From Gammaproteobacteria bacterium (GTDB lineage: Bacteria > Pseudomonadota > Gammaproteobacteria > Steroidobacterales > Rariloculaceae): DNA of 64,000 bases. Positions 51,747 through 60,653 of the stretch are shown piece by piece (positions within the stretch are counted from its first letter, which is position 1; each line of letters opens with the position of its first letter). The translations under genes and the position numbers were made by a program. Under the pieces are notes generated by a model. The model saw nothing but the letters and a program-made list of their open reading frames with translations. It did not search any database and was not told where the DNA came from. Location: contig DASWKF010000094.1 of assembly GCA_036396795.1 (NCBI GenBank), positions 33,061 to 97,060 on the forward strand. Direction: 5' to 3'.

Positions 51747-52491
51747 CCGCGCCACCGGCCGGGCTCGCGCTCTGCCAGGCGACCTTGCCGACGAAGAACG
51801 GCCCGAGGCTCGTCAGGTATTGCGAGGTCTGCTCGGTCTTGCGCATTTCCTGCACCACCGCCGACAGCGGATAGAGCTGCGGGCCCAAAAGCCCGATGAT
51901 GAAATCGTTGTCGTGCTTGTCGAGACCGTGGCAGGCGAGGCGGATGTCCGCCGCGAGCCCGGCGAAGCCGAAGCGCTTGGCGAGGCTGCCGTGCTCGCCG
52001 AGGATCTGGCGCTGCTTGGCCGCGGGCAGGGTTTGGAACGACTTGGCGCGCTGCAAGGGATACCAGACGGCCCAGGGGAATTTGGCGTTGGTGACTTTGG
52101 CGCGGGGCTTGGCGAACAGCGCGTCCTCGAGATCGGGCTCATAGCCGAGCGTATAGGTGCGCCCGAGCATGTCGAAGTCGGGCTTGCGCGTCATCGAGAC
52201 GAACGGCGGCGCGTTCAACAGTGCGCGCAGCGGGCCTACGAAGTAATCGGGATCCTCGCTCATGACGACGAGCCCGATGCCCACTGGATCGTTGACGTCG
52301 AGATACAACGCGCCGTCGACACCGGCGTGCTCGAGCGCTTTCACCGCGGGCGCGGGATGCTGGCATCCGCCGTAGGCCATGAACTGCATGAACAGGCGCC
52401 GATCGAGCGCGATCGGCTTGCCGTCCTTGAGGCCCTTCTCGCTCAGATCCAGGCTCGACTCCTGCCCGGTTTCGTGCTCCGTTGCGCTCAT
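51739..52491 (-). CDS. Chlorite dismutase-family protein, HemQ/ChdC (coproheme decarboxylase) candidate
   Basis: 250 aa. Cld-family pattern WAVWYPLQR...QRQILGEHG (proximal His region) ...GLDKHDNDFIIGL. Sits between hemE and hemH. Confidence 0.7.
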   Translation of the reverse strand: MSATEHETGQESSLDLSEKGLKDGKPIALDRRLFMQFMAYGGCQHPAPAVKALEHAGVDGALYLDVNDPVGIGLVVMSEDPDYFVGPLRALLNAPPFVSMTRKPDFDMLGRTYTLGYEPDLEDALFAKPRAKVTNAKFPWAVWYPLQRAKSFQTLPAAKQRQILGEHGSLAKRFGFAGLAADIRLACHGLDKHDNDFIIGLLGPQLYPLSAVVQEMRKTEQTSQYLTSLGPFFVGKVAWQSASPAGGADA

Positions 52492-52501
52492 CGTTTGACC
52501 C

Positions 52502-53524
52502 TCATAGCTTCTCTTCGTGCACGGCCTCGACCAGCGCCGCGACGCTTGCGAGCGGCGTGCCGGGCAGGATGCCGTGCCCCAGGTTGACGATATGCCCGCG
52601 CGCGGCGACGCGCTCGAGCAGCTCGCGCGCCGCGGCGCGCGTGACCTCGGCGCCGCCGAGCAGCAGCGCCGGATCGAGGTTGCCCTGCAGCGCGCGGCTG
52701 CCGTCGAGACGCTGTTGCAGCGCCGCGAGGTCGACGCGCCAGTCGCAGGCGAGCACCTCGGCCGGAAGCTGTGCGTAGGCGTCGGTCAGATGCGGCGCGT
52801 TTTGCAGGAACAGGATACGCGGCAGGCCCGCCTCGCCCACCTTGCTCAGCAGGCGCAGCAGGTGCGGGCGGATCTGCCGCTGCCACTGCGCCAGCGACAG
52901 CACCCCGGCCCAGGAATCGAAAATCTGCACGGCATCGGCGCCGGCTTCGCCCTGGCGGATCAGATACGCCGCCAGCAGATCGGTGAGCCTCGCCAACAGC
53001 GCGTCGAGCGCCTCGGGCTGGGCCGCAGCGAAGGCGCGCAGCGTCGGGAAATCCTTGACCCCGCGGCCTTCGACGAGGTAAGCCGCGAGCGTCCAGGGCG
53101 CGCCGCAAAAGCCGAGCAAGGCGACCTCGGCGGGCAACGCACGGCGCGCGCTTGCAAGCGCCCCCATGACCTCGGGCGCGACCGCCTCGTCATCGGGCTC
53201 GAGCAGAGCCTCGACGTCGGCCTTGCTGCGGATCGGGTTTGCGACCACCGGCCCCGGAGCGAAATCGAACTCGATGCCGAGCGCCGGTATCGGGCTCATG
53301 ATGTCGGCAAACACAATGGCGGCATCGAGCGCAAAGCGCTTGAACGGCAGCAGCGTCACCTCGGTCGCGAGCTCGGGAGTAGAGGCGAGCGCCTTGAAGC
53401 TGTGGCGCGCGCGCAGCTCGCGGTACTCCGGCAAGTAACGGCCGGCCTGGCGCATGATCCACAGCGGCCGGCGCGGAAGCTCCGCTAGCTCGATCGCGTC
53501 GAGTAGCAGCGGGCGCATGCTCAC
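52502..53524 (-). CDS. hemE: Uroporphyrinogen decarboxylase
   Basis: PLWIMRQAGRYLPEYRE signature, 340 aa. GTG 53524 (alternative ATG 53518) lies 1 nt after the response-regulator stop. Confidence 0.95.
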   Translation of the reverse strand: MSMRPLLLDAIELAELPRRPLWIMRQAGRYLPEYRELRARHSFKALASTPELATEVTLLPFKRFALDAAIVFADIMSPIPALGIEFDFAPGPVVANPIRSKADVEALLEPDDEAVAPEVMGALASARRALPAEVALLGFCGAPWTLAAYLVEGRGVKDFPTLRAFAAAQPEALDALLARLTDLLAAYLIRQGEAGADAVQIFDSWAGVLSLAQWQRQIRPHLLRLLSKVGEAGLPRILFLQNAPHLTDAYAQLPAEVLACDWRVDLAALQQRLDGSRALQGNLDPALLLGGAEVTRAAARELLERVAARGHIVNLGHGILPGTPLASVAALVEAVHEEKL

Positions 53525-53525
53525 C

Positions 53526-54254
53526 TCAACCGGCCTCGGCGTCGCCGCTGCTGACCTCGGGCGCCGGCGTGAAGCGGTAACCGACGCCGCGCACGGTGTG
53601 GAAGTGCGAAGGAATCTCCGGGTTGCGCTCGAAGCGCTTGCGCAGCCGCACGATGAAGTTGTCGATGGTGCGCGTCGACGGGAACACCTCGTAGCCCCAG
53701 ACCCGGTCGAGTATGTCCTCGCGCGGTACGATGCTGCCGGCGCGCTCCGACAGAACTTTGAGGATCATGGCCTCCTTGTGCGTCAACGCGTGCTCGCTGC
53801 CGTCCCAGGCGCGGGCTTGATAGGTCTTGAAATCGACCTCGTTGCCGCTGAAGCTCAAAGCCGCGCGGCTGGCGTGGTACCAGTCGCTGCGCCTCAAGAT
53901 GGCGGCGACGCGCAACAGCAGCTCCTTCAAGTGGAACGGCTTGGCGAGATAGTCGTCGCCGCCGGCTTCGAGCCCGCGGATCCGGTCGGCGGGCTCGCCT
54001 TTGACCGTAAGGAACAACACCGGCGTCTGTAAGCCTTCGCGCCTGAGCTCCTCGCAGACCCGAAGGCCGTCGAGCTTGGGCATCATGACGTCGAGCACGA
54101 CGAGGTCGAAGTGCGTGGCGCGCAGCTTCTCGAGCCCCTCGGCGCCGTCGTGCGCGACCTCGGCGGCGTAGCCCTCGGCCGCGAGGTTCTCGCTGATGCC
54201 GGCGGCGAGATGCGCCTCGTCGTCGACGACCAGGATATGCGCTTGTGCGCTCAT
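53526..54254 (-). CDS. OmpR-family response regulator
   Basis: Receiver ILVVDDE...LVVLDVMMPKLDG...KPF plus winged-helix output (TRTIDNFIVRLRKRFE...HTVRGVGYRF). Its ATG overlaps the kinase stop (ATGA). Confidence 0.9.
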   Translation of the reverse strand: MSAQAHILVVDDEAHLAAGISENLAAEGYAAEVAHDGAEGLEKLRATHFDLVVLDVMMPKLDGLRVCEELRREGLQTPVLFLTVKGEPADRIRGLEAGGDDYLAKPFHLKELLLRVAAILRRSDWYHASRAALSFSGNEVDFKTYQARAWDGSEHALTHKEAMILKVLSERAGSIVPREDILDRVWGYEVFPSTRTIDNFIVRLRKRFERNPEIPSHFHTVRGVGYRFTPAPEVSSGDAEAG

Positions 54255-55330
54255 GCCTTGCCTGCCAGCGGCCAATCGAGCGTAATCGTCGCGCCGCGAT
54301 TGGGGCCATCGCTGTGCGCGGTGATGCTGCCGCCGGAGAGCTCCACCAGGCGCTTGACGATGTAGAGCCCGAGCCCGGTGCCCGGCGTCGAGCGGCGCAG
54401 CTCATCGCCCAAGCGAAAGAATTTCTCGAAGATCAGGCCGCCGTCCTCGGGCGGAAAGCCGAGGCCGTCGTCGCCAACGACGATCGTCGCATGCTCGCCG
54501 CTGCGCGCCGCCTGAAGCACGATCTTCGAGCCCGCGCCCGCGATGCAGGCCTTGAGCGCGTTGTCGAGCACGTTGCGCAGCACCGATTCCAGGCTCGTAT
54601 GGTCGGCGTGCAAGGTCAGGTCGGCGGGCACCTGGGCCTCGATCGCGATGCCGTTCGCCTTGGCGCGCTCGGCGATCTCGTCGATGCACGCCTGCGCGAC
54701 GCTGGCGAGCGCGACCGGCTCGCTGACGATGGTGTGGCGGCCTTCCTCGAGCCGCGCGGTGTCGAGCAGATTGTCGACCATGCGCAACAGCCGCTCGCCG
54801 TCGTCGAGGATGCGCCGGCCGAGGCGCTGGGTATCGGCATCGCTGACCCGCATCAGCAAGGTCTCGGCCGACAGCCGCATGCTCGCGAGCGGGCTCTTGA
54901 ACTCATGCGACACCGCGGCGAGGAAATTCTGCTGGCGCTTTCTGAGCTCGGCGTCGTGACGGATGGTGCGCGTCAGCACCGCCATGCCGCCGATCAGCAC
55001 CAGCAGAAAAAACCCGCCCTCCCAGGTGAAGCGGTTGATGCGCGATTCGGCCTCCTCCTCGAGCGCGTCGATCGCCTCGACGCGGACCGTCGCAAGCCCT
55101 GTGCCGACGTTCAGATGCGGCAGGAGCTCCTCGAAGCGATCCGTGCGCCCGGCATTGACCGCGGTCACGACCTGGGCGTCGGCGTCGTAGAGCCGCGCGA
55201 TGCGGTCGCGCACGTCGCGCGCGTAGCTGACGTGATCGGCCATCCACCAGGCGACCGTCGCCGCCGACAGCACCAGCAGCGCGAGGAAGCCGATCTGCAA
55301 CGCCTTGACGGGCTCACGTCTGAGAGCCAT
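54251..55330 (-). CDS. Sensor histidine kinase (two TM, ~75-aa outside loop, no HAMP recognised)
   Basis: TM1 residues ~10-30, TM2 GGFFLLVLIGGMAVL, H-box AAVSHEFKSPL, N box LDNALK, G boxes DDGLGF and GTGLGL. Start overlaps the hemL end by 17 nt. Confidence 0.88.
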   Translation of the reverse strand: MALRREPVKALQIGFLALLVLSAATVAWWMADHVSYARDVRDRIARLYDADAQVVTAVNAGRTDRFEELLPHLNVGTGLATVRVEAIDALEEEAESRINRFTWEGGFFLLVLIGGMAVLTRTIRHDAELRKRQQNFLAAVSHEFKSPLASMRLSAETLLMRVSDADTQRLGRRILDDGERLLRMVDNLLDTARLEEGRHTIVSEPVALASVAQACIDEIAERAKANGIAIEAQVPADLTLHADHTSLESVLRNVLDNALKACIAGAGSKIVLQAARSGEHATIVVGDDGLGFPPEDGGLIFEKFFRLGDELRRSTPGTGLGLYIVKRLVELSGGSITAHSDGPNRGATITLDWPLAGKA

Positions 55331-56651
55331 GGGTACCTCCCGAAGCGGTATGCGGAACGAGGTTGGCGAGCACCTGGCTCAAGGTCGCGCAGAGCTGCTC
55401 GATGTCCTCGCGCTGATGCGCGAGCGAGACGAAGCCGATCTCGTACGCCGACGGCGGGAGCGCCACCCCGCGCGCGAGCAGGCCGTGGAAGATCTCGGCG
55501 TAGAGCGCCCCGGCGTCCGCCGGAAGCGCCTCGGCGGAGCGCGGCGGCGTGTCGCTGAGCCAGGCGATCCAGAACATCGAGCCGAGCCGCACGAGGCTGG
55601 CGCTGACGCCGCTTTGACGCAAGCATTCGGTGAGAAGCTGCTCGAGATATTGGCCGCGCGCCTCCAACTGCTTCCAGCCGTCCTGCGCCGCCAGCAGCCT
55701 CAAGGTCGAAAGCCCCGCGGCCATCGCCACCGGATTGCCGGACAGCGTGCCGGCCTGATAGACGGATCCCAGCGGCGCAAGCTCGGCCATCAGCGCCTTG
55801 CAGCCGCCGAAGGCGCCGACCGGCATGCCGCCACCGATGACCTTACCGAAGGTGGCGAGATCCGGCGTGATGCCGTAGTGCGCCGCCGCGCCGCCCGGGC
55901 CGAGACGAAAGCCCGAGATAACCTCGTCGAAGATCAGCAAGCTCCCGTGCGCTTGCGTGAGCGCGCGGAGCTTGGCGAGGAACTCCGGCCGTTGCAGCAA
56001 CAGCCCGTTGTTCGCCGGCACCGGCTCGATGATGAGCGCGGCGATGCGCGCGCCTTCCTCGGCGAACAGCCGCTCGAGCTCGAGCGTGTCGTCGAGCCGC
56101 AGCACCCGTGTCAGCGCGGTGAAGTCTTGCGGCACGCCGGCCGACGACGGCTTGCCGAAAGTCGCAAGCCCCGAGCCCGCGGCGACCAGCAGCGAATCCA
56201 CGTGGCCGTGATAGCAGCCGGAGAACTTGACGATCAGGTCGCGGCCGGTCGCGCCGCGCGCCAGCCGGATCGCGCTCATGACGGCCTCGGTGCCCGAAGA
56301 CACGAAGCGCAGCTGCTCGAGCCCCGGATAGCTCGCGACCACGGTTTCGGCGAGCTCGATCTCCCCCGGGCAGGGTGCGCCGTAGGACGTGCCGCGGCGC
56401 GCCGCCCGCTCGATCGCCTCGACCACCGACGGGTGCGCGTGGCCGAGGATCAACGGCCCCCAGGAGCCGACGAAATCGAGGTAGCTTCTGCCGTCGACGT
56501 CGGTCATGTAGGCGCCCTTGGCGGACTCGATCACCAATGGCGTGCCGCCGACGGCACCGTATGCGCGCACCGGCGAGCTCACGCCGCCGGGCAGGCGCGC
56601 GCGCGCCCGGTCGAACCACTGTGCCGAGCTCGGTCCGGCGGAGTTGCTCAC
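55314..56651 (-). CDS. hemL: Glutamate-1-semialdehyde 2,1-aminomutase
   Basis: LPGGVSSPVRAY, GSWGPLILGH, PLP lysine in TFGKVIGGG. GTG 56651 overlaps the hemB stop (GTGA). The ORF-track 650-aa extension was trimmed. Confidence 0.93.
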   Translation of the reverse strand: MSNSAGPSSAQWFDRARARLPGGVSSPVRAYGAVGGTPLVIESAKGAYMTDVDGRSYLDFVGSWGPLILGHAHPSVVEAIERAARRGTSYGAPCPGEIELAETVVASYPGLEQLRFVSSGTEAVMSAIRLARGATGRDLIVKFSGCYHGHVDSLLVAAGSGLATFGKPSSAGVPQDFTALTRVLRLDDTLELERLFAEEGARIAALIIEPVPANNGLLLQRPEFLAKLRALTQAHGSLLIFDEVISGFRLGPGGAAAHYGITPDLATFGKVIGGGMPVGAFGGCKALMAELAPLGSVYQAGTLSGNPVAMAAGLSTLRLLAAQDGWKQLEARGQYLEQLLTECLRQSGVSASLVRLGSMFWIAWLSDTPPRSAEALPADAGALYAEIFHGLLARGVALPPSAYEIGFVSLAHQREDIEQLCATLSQVLANLVPHTASGGTHGSQT

Positions 56652-57652
56652 AGCCAGCGTCCCCGGATCGCATCGGCGGCGTGATAAGTGATGATCTGGT
56701 CGGCGCCGGCGCGGCGGATCGCGAGCAGGTTCTCGCGCACCACCTGCGCCTCGTCGATCCAGCCCTGCGCGGCCGCGGCCTTGACCATCGCGTATTCGCC
56801 GGAGACGTTGTAGGCGGCGAGCGGCAGGCCGGTCGATTCGCGCACGCGCGCGATCACGTCGAGATAGGCGAGCGCCGGCTTGACCATCAGAATGTCCGCG
56901 CCTTCGGCCGCATCCAGCGCGGTCTCGCGCAGCGCCTCGCGGGCGTTGCGGCAGTCCATCTGATAGCTCTGGCGGTCGCCCTGCTGTGGCGCCGAGCCCG
57001 CCGCGTCGCGAAACGGCCCGTAGTAGCCGGAGGCGTATTTGACCGCGTAGGCCATCAGGATCACGTCGCTGAAGCCTTGAGCGTCCAAGGCGTCGCGAAT
57101 GGCGGCGATGCGCCCGTCCATCATGTCCGACGGCGCGATCACGTCGGCGCCGGCCTCGGCGTGGCTGAGCGCGGTCTTGACGATGGGCTCGAGCGAGACG
57201 TCGTTGGCGATGCGGCCCTGCTCGATGAGCCCGCAGTGGCCGTGATCGGTGTAGGCGCACAGGCACACGTCGGTCATGACGATGAGATCGTCGCCGAAAG
57301 CCCGTTTGAGCCGCATCGTTGCCTGCTGCACCGCGCCGTTGGGATCCCAGGCGAGGCGGCCGTCGGCGGTTTTCGCGGCGCCCGCCTCGGGGTGGCCGAA
57401 CAAGAGCGCTGCGCGGATGCCGAGCGAGAGCTCCGCCTCGACGGTCGCAAGCAGCGTCGTGAAGCCGAGCTGCTTAAGCCCCGGCAGCGACGCGAACGGC
57501 TCGACGGCATCGTCGGCGGGCAGCACGAAGCGCGGCACGATGAATTGCGACGGCGCGATGTGGGTCTCGGCGACGAGATTTCGCAGCGCCTTGCTGCGCC
57601 GCAGCCGCCGCGGCCGCACGCGGCCCGGTGTCGTCACGTTGAGCTTGCGCAT
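56648..57652 (-). CDS. hemB: Porphobilinogen synthase (Zn-type)
   Basis: RPRRLR, Cys-rich metal site DVCLCAYTDHGHCG, Schiff-base lysines (MVKPA, YAVKYAS). 334 aa from ATG 57652, overlapping the hemD stop. Confidence 0.95.
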   Translation of the reverse strand: MRKLNVTTPGRVRPRRLRRSKALRNLVAETHIAPSQFIVPRFVLPADDAVEPFASLPGLKQLGFTTLLATVEAELSLGIRAALLFGHPEAGAAKTADGRLAWDPNGAVQQATMRLKRAFGDDLIVMTDVCLCAYTDHGHCGLIEQGRIANDVSLEPIVKTALSHAEAGADVIAPSDMMDGRIAAIRDALDAQGFSDVILMAYAVKYASGYYGPFRDAAGSAPQQGDRQSYQMDCRNAREALRETALDAAEGADILMVKPALAYLDVIARVRESTGLPLAAYNVSGEYAMVKAAAAQGWIDEAQVVRENLLAIRRAGADQIITYHAADAIRGRWL

Positions 57653-58374
57653 CACATCGCCTCCATGAGCCCTTCCAGGCTCGGGCTTTCCGCCTGCGCC
57701 TTGACCTCGAGATCCGCGGCGTGGGCGGCGGCGGTCGTCGACGGCCCGATCGTGAAAATATCCGCGTCGGCGTCGAGCTCGACCTGATTGACGAAGCCGG
57801 TCACCGCGCTCGGGCTCGCGAGCAGCACCGCGTCGACGCCGAGCGTCGAGAGCTTGGTCTTGCGGTCCGAGGGCTCGGCCGGCACGGTATGGTAGACGTC
57901 GAGGCGCACGCAGCGCACGCCCGCGTGCCCGAGCCGGTCCTCGATCGTCGCCGGCGCGTTCTCGGCCAGCACCAGGATCACGCTGCGCCCGGCGACGTCG
58001 GCGCGCATCGCCAGCGCCTCGGCCAAGGAGGCCGCCGTGCCCGCCTCGCTGACGAGATCGACGCGCCCCAGCAGCGCCCTGGCCGCGGCGGCGGTCGCGG
58101 GCCCGACGGCGGCGACCTTGACGCGCGCGGGCAGGAGCTGCGGGTGCAGCCGCGTGAACGACTCGATGCCGCGGCGCGAGGTGAACACCAGCCAGTCGGC
58201 GCGCGGCAGCTCGACGACGATGCGGCCGGTGAGCGCGGCGCTGCGGCGGTCCTCGACGCGCAGGCAGGGCAGGATCACCGGGATCGCGCCGGCATCGCGC
58301 AGGATCGCGGCCCAGGTCTCGCTGTCCTCGAGGTTGCGCGTGACCAGCACGCGTCTGCCTTTGACCTTGCTCAT
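57652..58374 (-). CDS. hemD: Uroporphyrinogen-III synthase
   Basis: 240 aa, VLVTR...W..FTS..G two-lobed HEM4 pattern. Positioned between hemC and hemB with ATGA overlap to hemC. Confidence 0.82.
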   Translation of the reverse strand: MSKVKGRRVLVTRNLEDSETWAAILRDAGAIPVILPCLRVEDRRSAALTGRIVVELPRADWLVFTSRRGIESFTRLHPQLLPARVKVAAVGPATAAAARALLGRVDLVSEAGTAASLAEALAMRADVAGRSVILVLAENAPATIEDRLGHAGVRCVRLDVYHTVPAEPSDRKTKLSTLGVDAVLLASPSAVTGFVNQVELDADADIFTIGPSTTAAAHAADLEVKAQAESPSLEGLMEAM

Positions 58375-59276
58375 GGCTCGAGCTCCTTCCAGACGCGCTC
58401 GGCGAGCGCCTGCGCATCGGGCCCGTCGGCGCTGGCGCGCTCGAGCTTGCCTTGACGCTCGAGCATTGCGACGAATTCGAAGCCGCCGTTCGAAGCTAGG
58501 CAATACGCGCCGAGCGCGAGCTCGCAGCCGCCTTCGACGCGCGCGAGCAAGGCCCGCTCGGCATCGACGCAGGCGCGGCTCGCCGCATCGTCGAGCGGGG
58601 CGAGCGCCTCGCGTATCGCGGCATCTTGGGTCCGGCATTGCACCGCGAGCGCGCCTTGCGCCGGTGCCGGCGGAAAGTCGCGGATTGCGAGCGCCGCGAC
58701 GACGCGATCGCCCAGCGCGATCGCGGGCTGCCCGAGCGTCGCCGCTTGCAGGCGCTCGATGCCCGCGGCGGCGAGCACCACGGCATCGACGCGCTCGCCG
58801 ACCCGCTGGATGCGCGTCGGCACGTTGCCGCGCAGCGGCTGGACCTTGAGATCCGGGCGCAGATGCCTGATCCACGCCTGACGCCGCGCCGATGCCGTGC
58901 CGACCGTGACCCCCTGGCGCAGCGGCAGCACCGCGGCGCTCGCATCCGCCGCGGCTCTGGTGGCGACGACGACGTCGGCGGCGGCGTGACGCCGCGGCAC
59001 TGCGGCGACGACGAGCCCGCGCGGCGAGCTCGTCGGCAGGTCCTTGTACGAATGCACCGCGACATCGACGGCGCCCGCGATGAGCGCCTGCTCGATCTCG
59101 CGGACGAACACGCCCTGCGGACCGATGCTGCCGAAAAACGGCGCGTCGGAGCGATCGCCTGCGGTGCGGATGATCACCAGCTCGGTGCCGATGCCCTGTG
59201 CGGCAAGCGCGGCGGCGATGCCGGCGGCCTGGGTGCGCGCGAGCTGCGAGCCGCGCGTGCCGATCTTGAGCATCAT
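58371..59276 (-). CDS. hemC: Hydroxymethylbilane synthase (porphobilinogen deaminase)
   Basis: LKIGTRGSQLARTQ, HSYKDLP, cofactor-Cys region EGGCELALGAY. 301 aa. Its ATG overlaps the hemA stop (ATGA). Confidence 0.93.
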   Translation of the reverse strand: MMLKIGTRGSQLARTQAAGIAAALAAQGIGTELVIIRTAGDRSDAPFFGSIGPQGVFVREIEQALIAGAVDVAVHSYKDLPTSSPRGLVVAAVPRRHAAADVVVATRAAADASAAVLPLRQGVTVGTASARRQAWIRHLRPDLKVQPLRGNVPTRIQRVGERVDAVVLAAAGIERLQAATLGQPAIALGDRVVAALAIRDFPPAPAQGALAVQCRTQDAAIREALAPLDDAASRACVDAERALLARVEGGCELALGAYCLASNGGFEFVAMLERQGKLERASADGPDAQALAERVWKELEP

Positions 59277-60604
59277 GCCTTGGCTCCGCCGTCGCCCGCG
59301 GCGCGCTGCTTCAGGGCGGCGCGCAGCTCGTCGGCGAACTCGGGCTCGAGGCCCGCGAGAAACGCGTCGATCGAGCCGGCCGGGCCCTGCTTGAGCAGGC
59401 CGCGCAGGCCGGCGCAGGGGATGTGCGCGAAACGCCGCGCGAGCACCTCGGCCCAGGTCGAGATCGCCTCGCGCTCGGCGGAGCCTAAGCCCTTGAGCTC
59501 CTTGCCGAGCAGCCGCTCGACGCCTTGGCGCGCGGTGTGCCGGTAGCGGTTCTGCAGCGTGCCGAACAACGGTCCGAAGATGCGCTCGGCGAAACGCTCG
59601 TAGAGCCGCTCGAGCGCGGCATCGACGAGCTCGCGCGCCTGGGCCGCCTCGACCAGCCGCGCGGCGCGGTTCTCCTCGGTGGCGGCGACGATCTCGTCCA
59701 TGCCGATGCGCTCGAGCCCGAGCCTTTTCGCTGCGGCCGCGTCGATGTCGGGCGGCACCGCCATGTCGATCAAAAGCGGCGCCTCGCCCGAGGGCGTGCG
59801 CGCCGCGAGCCGCTCGAGCACCGAGGCATCCAGCAGCGCGCTGCCCGCGCCGGTTGCCGTCAGCACGCCCTCGACGGCGGGCGGCTCGGCGTGGAACTCG
59901 GCGAGCGAGCAATGCGCGGCGCCGTGCTCGCGTGCAAGCATGGCGGCCTTGTCGGCGGAGCGGTTGACGACGATGAGCTCGATGCCGGATTTGGCGAGCG
60001 CCAGCGCCGCGCGCTCGGTCATCGCGCTGATGCCGATCAGCGCGACTGCGCCGCCGGTGCGCGCGATGCGCTCGCGCAGCTTATCGACGGCGATCTCGGC
60101 CAGCGACACGCGGCCGGCGCCGACGCGGGTCTCGCCGCGCACCTGTCTGGCGATCTTGAGCGCTTCCTCGAACAACAGCTCGAGCTTGGGGCCGATCGAG
60201 CCCGTCGCCTGCGCTTGTTCGCGGCAGTCGCGCACCTGGCCGGTGATCTCGACCTCGCCGACGGCCGCCGAGTCGAGCCCCGCGGCGACCAGAAACAGGT
60301 GCTCGCAGGCGCCTTCGCCCTGCCAGGCGCGCAAGCGGCGCTCGGCCTGGCCGGGGACGGGCGCATTCCCGGTCAGAAGCTCGAAGGCGGCGGCGCGGAT
60401 GTCGCGCGGCGTGGTCGCGCCGCGCGAGAAAATCAGCTCGACGCGGTTGCAGGTCGCCAGATACGCAAGCTCGGCCAAGCTGAGCCGCGCGGCGAAATCG
60501 CGCAGGCGCGCGGCCTGATCCTCCGCGGGCAACAGGAAGCCTTGCAGGCTTTCGCTGCCGTTCTGGCGCCAGGAAACGCCGACGATGCCGAGGTCTTCGA
60601 GCAC
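59273..60604 (-). CDS. hemA: Glutamyl-tRNA reductase
   Basis: Catalytic ATCNRVE motif, NADPH domain VALIGISAMTE, long C-terminal dimerisation helix. 443 aa, GTG start. Confidence 0.92.
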   Translation of the reverse strand: MLEDLGIVGVSWRQNGSESLQGFLLPAEDQAARLRDFAARLSLAELAYLATCNRVELIFSRGATTPRDIRAAAFELLTGNAPVPGQAERRLRAWQGEGACEHLFLVAAGLDSAAVGEVEITGQVRDCREQAQATGSIGPKLELLFEEALKIARQVRGETRVGAGRVSLAEIAVDKLRERIARTGGAVALIGISAMTERAALALAKSGIELIVVNRSADKAAMLAREHGAAHCSLAEFHAEPPAVEGVLTATGAGSALLDASVLERLAARTPSGEAPLLIDMAVPPDIDAAAAKRLGLERIGMDEIVAATEENRAARLVEAAQARELVDAALERLYERFAERIFGPLFGTLQNRYRHTARQGVERLLGKELKGLGSAEREAISTWAEVLARRFAHIPCAGLRGLLKQGPAGSIDAFLAGLEPEFADELRAALKQRAAGDGGAKA

Positions 60605-60635
60605 GCCGACTAGCCTAGGCTCCGCCCGTCCCGGT

Positions 60636-60653
60636 GTGTCACACGAGTGTCAC
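60636..60653 (-). promoter_or_regulatory. Tandem direct repeat GTGACAC-N4-GTGACAC upstream of hemA (candidate regulator site)
   Basis: Plus strand has GTGTCAC at 60636-60642 and 60647-60653, with 11-bp periodicity, 32-49 nt upstream of the hemA GTG. Confidence 0.3.

Noticed and set aside
55314-59912. Very long versions of hemL (650 aa), hemB (589 aa), hemD (407 aa) and hemC (513 aa) in the ORF track
   Set aside because: The N-terminal extensions run through the upstream gene in another frame and are Arg/Ala/Pro-rich junk. Family-typical N-termini coincide with start codons that overlap the preceding stop codon, so the trimmed coordinates were used.
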